A stretch of 64,000 nt of DNA from an uncultured Chloroflexia bacterium (lineage in GTDB: Bacteria; Chloroflexota; Dehalococcoidia; SZUA-161): assembly GCA_963847595.1 (NCBI GenBank), contig CAWKAJ010000003.1, forward strand, positions 36,979-100,978, given 5' to 3'. Under the pieces are notes generated by a model that was not told the DNA's origin, did not search any database, and saw only the letters and a program-made list of their open reading frames with translations. Position numbers and translations under genes: made by a program. Below, piece by piece: positions 1 to 5,773 of this stretch. The stretch's first letter is position 1. Every line of letters begins with the position of its first letter.

Positions 1-37
1 GTTGAGCTTGACGCTCAGGGTTTACCCATTTGGGCAT
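1..37 (-). CDS. hypothetical protein, 5' end only (runs off window): MPKWVNPERQAQ...
   Basis: ATG at 37-35 on the minus strand, preceded by purine-rich GAGAGAGGGGGGGAT. Open frame to the window edge, same orientation as 112..633. Only 12 codons are visible. Confidence 0.45.
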   Translation of the reverse strand, partial: MPKWVNPERQAQ

Positions 38-51
38 ATCCCCCCCTCTCT

Positions 52-80
52 CTCAAGCCCTAATGGGGGATATACGCTTA
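52..80. repeat. inverted repeat, left copy (CTCAAGCCCTAATGGGGGATATACGCTTA)
   Basis: Reverse complement matches 659-689 except for G/C-run length (5 vs 7). Confidence 0.9.
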
Positions 81-111
81 TGTAGTGTTACTGGTTCGCT
101 ATCGGTTCGGG

Positions 112-633
112 TTATGCTGGTACTGGTTCGGGTTGGGCTTCGGTTTGGGGGGCTTCGCTTTGGGCTTCGGCCTTGTCTTGACGTGCTAACGCTTCGGCCA
201 TAGCTTCGGCCATAGCGTTATTGATGGCTACTCTATCGGCCTCTCTGATGGGCTTGCCAGCCTCTATACTAGCACTCACTTCGGCCTTGTATGCTTCGGG
301 TTCGGACTTGCGGACTGTTGCGCTGAAGTGCTGAAGGTTCGCTATAAAGTTCTCCCGAACCATCTTGACACCTTCGCCCAGTTCCTTCGCCACCCTAATA
401 ACGGGCTTGCCCGTATTGGGGTTAAACTTCGCAACTCCATCCTTGCCATACGCTAACCGAAGCGGTGCGCCTAAAGCTTCGGGGGGTATCACGGTTTTAC
501 CCATCACGTTAGAGGCGGTGAAAAATGGTAGCCAAACAGTCTCAAGGTCAACACTCCAAACCTTGCGCCCTTGCGGTTTGCTCGGTGCAGGATTGAGCAA
601 CATCGCAATATATTCGGGGGTTGTTATCTCCAT
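112..633 (-). CDS. hypothetical protein (173 aa), probably accessory-element encoded
   Basis: Long ORF with SD-like AGAGAGG upstream, globular-looking N-terminus and Ala/Glu/Pro-rich tail. No recognised motif. Confidence 0.8.
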   Translation of the reverse strand: MEITTPEYIAMLLNPAPSKPQGRKVWSVDLETVWLPFFTASNVMGKTVIPPEALGAPLRLAYGKDGVAKFNPNTGKPVIRVAKELGEGVKMVRENFIANLQHFSATVRKSEPEAYKAEVSASIEAGKPIREADRVAINNAMAEAMAEALARQDKAEAQSEAPQTEAQPEPVPA

Positions 634-658
634 ACGCTTTACCTCTCTCTTTTAGATT

Positions 659-689
659 TAAGCGTATATCCCCCCCATTAGGGCTTGAG
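659..689. repeat. inverted repeat, right copy (TAAGCGTATATCCCCCCCATTAGGGCTTGAG)
   Basis: Complementary to 52-80. Lies in the 5' leader of the 173-aa gene. Confidence 0.9.
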
Positions 690-719
690 TATGAATGACT
701 CACTAACTCACTTTCAGCC

Positions 720-806
720 TATCCCTTGCCAGTTCTAGGGGCTTGTGCCCTATTCCTTATAAGGGATTGACCTAATCGTTCGGGTTAGCTACCCATCAAG
801 GTCAAG
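720..806 (-). other. structured upstream leader (two adjacent stem-loops)
   Basis: ATCCCTT(721-727)/AAGGGAT(761-767) and TTGACCT(767-773)/AGGTCAA(799-805) pairings. No family recognised. Confidence 0.35.
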
Positions 807-1076
807 TCATTTTTTGTTAAGGTTCTTTGCTATGCGAAGCTATTTAGCTTCTCAATTCATAGCTTTGAGGATAGGATACTTTACAAAAGTACCTTTTGTA
901 TATGAAAAGAAGTAGCTAGTTCTTCAATTGAAGCTAAAAATGCTATTTTTTGTGAAAGTTAGCTTCGGAAGTTGGGAAATTGAGGTAGATTCAGTTAAAA
1001 CCTTGTCAACGGAACTCAGGATGAGCAGCAGCTATCGGCTCTGCCCAGGCCAGCGCCCCCGCTCGCCCCTGAGAGG

Positions 1077-1316
1077 TCAACGAGTGAAACACTCGCTGCT
1101 GGAGAGAACCATACCAAGCGGGTTTGCGCTTCGCTCCGCGCCGCACCAAACCGGGGATGGGGAACCAGTGGCCGGTGATTCAGTCAGCAGGCCCTTCTTC
1201 TCAAGGCTCTGTGCGATTTGGTCGAAGTCTTCAACGGGGTCCCGCTGCAAGAACTTCTCACGGGGCAGCCTGGGAATGATGTTCACGATGCCCATCAAAA
1301 AATCCCATCCATCCAT
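1077..1316 (-). CDS. small hypothetical protein, gene A copy 1 (79 aa; C-terminal half possibly degenerate)
   Basis: SD AGGAG upstream and TTGACA at 1360-1355. The 5' end is homologous to the remnant at 2902-2999. Confidence 0.45.
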   Translation of the reverse strand: MDGWDFLMGIVNIIPRLPREKFLQRDPVEDFDQIAQSLEKKGLLTESPATGSPSPVWCGAERSANPLGMVLSSSECFTR

Positions 1317-1368
1317 GTGGGACTCCTGTTTTAAGCCTACCGCTTTTTAACCGATGTCAAATAGCCTC

Positions 1369-1739
1369 CTGTGGTTCGCCGAAATGCGCCGTCCAGGAGC
1401 GTCCAGATTTCAAAAGAATGGGCAAATGACGACTTCACGACTTGGACACAGAAACTGAAAAGTCCTAGGACTTTCGACTCCCAAAAGTCCAAAGTCGAAA
1501 AAGTCGTCATGAACGTAGGGGGCCGCCGAAATGTCGTTTACCATGCCCGCAAACCCACTCAAATGGCCAACAGAGGTTTGGACTTTTAGCTTCAATTACG
1601 ACGTCGTCAAGACATCTACCACGACGTCGTCAGTAGTAATACCATCCTCCCCATGGCAAGTATAGTTATCCCTTGAAGCTGTGGTTTGCCGAAATGCGCC
1701 GTCCAAATGCGTCCAAATCCGTTCAAATGGCGGACGGAT
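1369..1739. repeat. repeat block R, copy 1 (~370 bp, direct terminal repeats, internal palindromes)
   Basis: 1369-1605 is near-identical to 2493-2729 (offset 1124). Terminal motif CTGTGGTNNGCCGAAAT at 1369 and 1679. Palindrome AAAGTCCTAGGACTTT at 1459-1474. Confidence 0.9.
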
Positions 1740-1885
1740 GAATAGCGTGAAAATTGCTGATATCATAATGATTTTCGCCTAAGATGCCCACCAATATGTG
1801 GAAATCCGCGTAAATATGCTGGAAAATAGCTTCAAATTTTAATAAAAATCCAACAAAAATGTAGAAGAATTTGGGGGAAATATCA

Positions 1886-2036
1886 TGATATCAGATCATG
1901 AGATCAGGGCGGATAGGGTCGTGATATCAAGTATGAAATCAGCGGAGGCAAGGGACTGATATCAAACCATGAAATCAGCACAGGCAAGGGCATGATATCA
2001 AACCATGAGATCAGCATAAAGGAGGTCATGATATCA
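1886..2036. repeat. tandem array, 35-36-bp period, core TGATATCA-N4/5-TGA(A/G)ATCAG
   Basis: TGATATCA at 1886, 1922, 1957, 1993 and 2029. Extra copies at 1758, 2206 and 2897. Confidence 0.9.
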
Positions 2037-2048
2037 AAAATAGGTCGC

Positions 2049-2076
2049 TTGACATCGTCAAAAAGTAGGTTAAGCT
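2049..2076 (+). promoter_or_regulatory. sigma70-like promoter upstream of gene B copy 1
   Basis: TTGACA-N16-TAAGCT. The same layout occurs at 3159-3186. Confidence 0.5.
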
Positions 2077-2226
2077 AAAAGCACCGATCTAAAAATACAA
2101 GTTAAAAAGGGGTGGCACTTCCTCGGACAGGTAGTTAGGCCAGCCCTTTCTTTTTGTCCGGGGGGGCCGCCGGAGGAATAAATCAAAGCTATGTGATATT
2201 CAGTGTGATATCACAAGGAGGCCACC

Positions 2227-2403
2227 ATGGCAACGTGGATGATTCAGGGCACAGACAAGAAAGAGGAGATGACCGAGAACGGCTACAGGCGCCTCAACGC
2301 GGCCAGGAACAAAGAGAAGGCACTCAAGGATAAACCCATTGTCTTTGTTGACGACCAGGGCGACGTCCATGAGGACGTCCATAAGCTCACAGATGCCAGA
2401 TAA
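2227..2403 (+). pseudogene. gene B copy 1, paralog of 3242..3523 truncated by in-frame TAA (not in ORF track)
   Basis: SD AAGGAGG. Translates MATWMIQGTDKKEEMTENGYRRLNAARNKEKALKDKPIVFVDDQGDVHEDVHKLTDAR*AGLLAKEKE. Aligns without gaps to 3242..3523; the stop sits where the paralog has Lys and similarity continues past it. Confidence 0.8.
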
Positions 2404-2492
2404 GCCGGACTGCTGGCGAAGGAAAAGGAAGCCCAGGGGCCGGTCCCCAGCTCGATTTCCCTTCAAGTTTCTGCGGTTTGCCAAACGACCTG

Positions 2493-2868
2493 CTGTGGTG
2501 CGCCGAAATACGCCGTCCAGGAGCGTCCAGATGTTAAAAGAATAGGCAAATGACGACTTCACGACTTGGACATAGAAACTGAAAAGTCCTAGGACTTTCG
2601 ACTCCCAAAAGTCCAAAGTCGAAAAAGTCGTCATGAACGTAGGGGGCCGCCGAAATGTCGTTTACCATGCCCGCAAACCCGCTCAAATGGCCAACAGAGG
2701 TTTCGACTTTTAGCTTCAATTACGACGTCCAAAAGTCGAGTCCATTAGCCCACTATTTCCTCCATGTGGCAGGTATAGTTGTCCCTTGAAGCTGTGGTGC
2801 GCCGAAATGCCTGTTCAAATTCGTCCAAATCCGTTCAAATATCAAATGGACGGACGGACAGACGGACG
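2493..2868. repeat. repeat block R, copy 2
   Basis: Direct repeat of 1369-1739. Terminal motif at 2493 and 2792, with a degenerate extra copy at 2471. Confidence 0.9.
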
Positions 2869-2901
2869 AAATCACGTTCAATTTCTGGATAATTTCTGAT
2901 A

Positions 2902-2999
2902 TCACACCATGACCTCGTCACGATGCCCGGCCACCATGGCAAATGATAGGGGCACCCTAGCAACGATGTTCACGATGCCCATTAAAATATCCCATCCAT
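2902..2999 (-). pseudogene. gene A copy 2, frameshifted and truncated remnant
   Basis: SD AGGAGG + ATG. A 4-bp ATGG indel relative to copy 1 breaks the frame. The shifted frame reads WDILMGIVNIVARVP versus WDFLMGIVNIIPRLP. Confidence 0.6.
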
Positions 3000-3158
3000 G
3001 TGGGCCTCCTAGGCCTAATTTTCCTTCTTTTTCGTCATTGTCAACTCATGATAAATTAGTACCGATAGGTCATGATAAATACGTTCGGTACGACCTTTGC
3101 AGGTCAGTGACTCATAAAAAGTATGCCATACGTTCACGCCGATAAAAGGGTTTCGAAC

Positions 3159-3231
3159 CTGACAAACCGAAAAAGTGCGTTAATCTGAAAACAGAAGGGC
3201 TGATGTCATGGGCTGACTCATGCTGAGTCAG
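3159..3231 (+). promoter_or_regulatory. promoter and palindromic operator-like site of gene B copy 2
   Basis: CTGACA-N16-TAATCT (3159-3186). CTGACTCA-TGC-TGAGTCAG (3213-3231) abuts SD AGGAGG. Confidence 0.55.
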
Positions 3232-3241
3232 AGGAGGTAGC

Positions 3242-3523
3242 ATGTCGAAATGGCTAATTTTTGGCACAGATAAGACAGAGGATGGTACCATGGAAGGATT
3301 TCAGCGACTGAATGCGGTCAGGAATAGAGAGAAGCTATTCAAGGCGAACTCCATAATCTTTGTTGATGACAATGGCCTGACTCATGATGACATCAATACT
3401 TTCAGTGCAGCCAGGAAGGCAGGTCTGATTAGCAAAGAGGAGGAGAAGGAACCCGCAAGGCGAAGCCTGGTCCTTACCTCGCGAAAGAGCAGGTTAAAGA
3501 GCGCGGCAACCCACAACCCATGA
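3242..3523 (+). CDS. small basic hypothetical protein, gene B copy 2 (93 aa)
   Basis: Strong SD and promoter, plus a diverged paralog at 2227 with conservative substitutions. Confidence 0.85.
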   Translation: MSKWLIFGTDKTEDGTMEGFQRLNAVRNREKLFKANSIIFVDDNGLTHDDINTFSAARKAGLISKEEEKEPARRSLVLTSRKSRLKSAATHNP

Positions 3524-3812
3524 AAGTCACAATAGAGCCTATTTCATAAAGCGAGTTCTCTGAGAAAGGTGGCAAAGAAGGCTAGCCTAACGAGGTAGCG
3601 GGCTAACCTTTTCTGTGCCGTGAAATACACTATTCTCTAAGCGACGGCAGCGAGTCGCTTGACCCAAAGTTCGACTCCGAGTACTATGATACCGGATTCT
3701 AGTGTTATTGTCGGTGGCGATTGCTCATCCCAGAATGACACAGAGACGTAGGGATGTGCCCAGACATAGTAGTGCTCCCACGATTGGGGATGCAGGGCGT
3801 TGCAAAGAGATG

Positions 3813-3888
3813 CAGGACACTTCCTGCCGGGGGTTTGGGGGATACCCCCAAACCCCAAGTCCCCCAAGACTGGGGGATACAGGGGGTT
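3813..3888. repeat. REP-like GC-rich palindromic element
   Basis: GGGGTTTGGGGGATACCCCCAAACCCC and TCCCCCAAGACTGGGGGA hairpins. Similar G/C-run hairpins occur near 14850-14910. Confidence 0.6.
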
Positions 3889-4351
3889 GAAATAAGTTGC
3901 TAAACGCTCTCGTGTAGAGTGTATGGTAATTTAGGTGTGGGGGAGGTGTTGAATGGGTAGTATTCAAAAATGCTCTATATTTTCAATCCCCGCTTTCTCC
4001 AGGATATCCTCTATACGGTCAACGTGCTCGAAAAAGATACTGCTCCGCACATAGTCAAAGCGGGGCCGAATCTCTCGATTTCGTTCGCTTCTTCTTAAAC
4101 CGCCTTCGGAGCCTCTTTCGGTACCGACCTCAATTGCTCTTTGGTCAGTGTTTTCGAGAGAAATGGCCAAAACCATTATGTAGTTAGTTGATTGGTAATT
4201 GCGTCACCCGATTGACATCTAGGTTAGGTCAACTCAATGTTAGGAAGCTTCAAGTAAGAGACTGGCCATTGAAAACTTGAACCTGATTTTTGAGCTATTG
4301 ATATTCCCTCGATTGTGATAAAATACAGTGAAACAATCAGGAGAATAAGAA

Positions 4352-5299
4352 ATGGTCCTATCTGATAAAAATTCAGGGGAAAAACAATTGAATATAAAAA
4401 CAGTTACCTGGGGGGACTTAACCTGGGTTGACATTATCCAACCGACAAAAGATGCGACAGCATATCTGGCGGAGCATTATAATTTTCATCCTCTGGACCT
4501 CGAGGATTCCCTCAGCCCGAGACAGCTCGCCAAAATAGAAGAATATCCACAGTATCTGTTCGTAATCTTTCATATCTCAGTATATGACAAAGCGACGCGG
4601 ATAAGTACAAGGAGGCAGTGGTCAGCATTCATTGGCGACAAATTCCTTGTTACGCTCCATCCTTCGGAGCTCAAGGCCCCGGACGAGTTGTTCCGGGAGT
4701 GCAACGTCAGTGAGGAAGCCCGGCAGGAGAATTTAAGCCATGGCTCTGGATACCTGCTGTATCAAATACTTGACCGAACAGTGGACTCTTACTTCCCGGT
4801 CCTGGACAAAATAATGGGCTTGATCGATGATATTGAAGATAATGTCTTCAAAGAGGAAGTCGAAACAGGTGAGGAGCTGAGTATTCTGCGGCGGGACATT
4901 ATTACCCAGAGGGGCGTTATGTTCCCGATGCGCACACTCCTAGTGGAACTGGAAAACAAGCTGAAGCGATTTACCAAAATTGATTTGGCCATCTATTACA
5001 GTGACCTTATGGACCACGTGAACAAGATATGTCAGGCCTTGGACGAATATGAAGATATTATTGAAGTATTTAAAGACGCGGATTTTCTTCAAAGCAGTTA
5101 TCGTGCCAACCGGAGCATACGCACCCTAGCGGTCTTATTTGCCGTTGGTTTGCCCTTTTTGGTTATCACTGGTATTTACATCATGCTACCCGGAAGTGTG
5201 GAGAAAGGCACTCTTTGGATTTTCTTGTTGCTACTGTTGGTTATTTTTATTATTATGGGGGCGACGCTATATTTCTTCCGCCGTAGACGTTTAATATAA
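4352..5299 (+). CDS. corA: CorA/ZntB-family divalent cation transporter (atypical, no GMN motif)
   Basis: WVDI, FHPLDLED, KIEEYPQYLF and DSYFPVL motifs, long helical stalk, two C-terminal TM helices. Confidence 0.85.
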   Translation: MVLSDKNSGEKQLNIKTVTWGDLTWVDIIQPTKDATAYLAEHYNFHPLDLEDSLSPRQLAKIEEYPQYLFVIFHISVYDKATRISTRRQWSAFIGDKFLVTLHPSELKAPDELFRECNVSEEARQENLSHGSGYLLYQILDRTVDSYFPVLDKIMGLIDDIEDNVFKEEVETGEELSILRRDIITQRGVMFPMRTLLVELENKLKRFTKIDLAIYYSDLMDHVNKICQALDEYEDIIEVFKDADFLQSSYRANRSIRTLAVLFAVGLPFLVITGIYIMLPGSVEKGTLWIFLLLLLVIFIIMGATLYFFRRRRLI

Positions 5300-5387
5300 A
5301 CACGCTTGAAAAACTCCACGAACACGACCAACTATCACCTTTTAGAAGCGCCTATGGTAGTATATGGTCGATAAAACAATGCCTTCA

Positions 5388-5630
5388 ATTGAAGTCTGAG
5401 CCATTAAAGATGCGGATTACCAGCTCGGTGGTCATCGCGCCAAAGGAACCGTCCGCACCCTGCTCTTGTTCGCAATAGGCTTGCCCTTTAGGGTTACTAG
5501 CCATATATATTATGCTACCCAGCATCATAGATAAAGGCAGTCTCCATTTTCCCATTCTGCGGCTTACTAATACTCTCATCTACGTTAGGGTGATGCCATT
5601 TGTCTCCCGCCGCCTGCATTTACTTCAGTC
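5388..5630 (+). pseudogene. degenerate second copy of the corA 3' end
   Basis: KDADYQLGGHRAKGTVRTL versus KDADFLQSSYRANRSIRTL, followed by frameshifted matches to LFAVGLPF, IYIMLP and KG. Confidence 0.7.
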
Positions 5631-5773
5631 TGCCAGGATCTAAGATCTAAGCTGACTTGACCTCATTGGCAAATTTGCGGTAGAACCACATTTTCATGAG
5701 TTCCACCATTCCCAAATAGATTACGATAAAGCCTGCCGTTATGAGCAAAAAAGTCACCGGCAGGGGCACTAAT

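Noticed and set aside
928-1350. 140-aa plus-strand ORF (also 365..655 and 2200..2634)
   Set aside because: Antisense to better-supported genes, no SD, atypical composition.
1410-1595. 61-aa ORF present in both copies of block R (also 2534..2719)
   Set aside because: No SD and a TTG start. Conservation is explained by DNA-level near identity, with no excess of synonymous changes.
1886-2036. CRISPR array
   Set aside because: Variable parts are only ~12 nt and resemble each other, repeats are degenerate, and no cas genes are in the window.
2401-2403. Programmed stop-codon readthrough in gene B1
   Set aside because: The stop is TAA, not TGA/TAG, and is one substitution from the Lys codon AAA. 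A nonsense mutation is simpler.
3665-3682. tRNA-like GTTCGACTCC as a possible att site
   Set aside because: Flanks do not form a T-stem or cloverleaf. It more likely lies in the spacer of a TTGACC-N17-TACTAT promoter-like sequence.
3964-4176. 70-aa minus-strand ORF
   Set aside because: No SD or recognisable motif. May be a gene remnant but cannot be supported.
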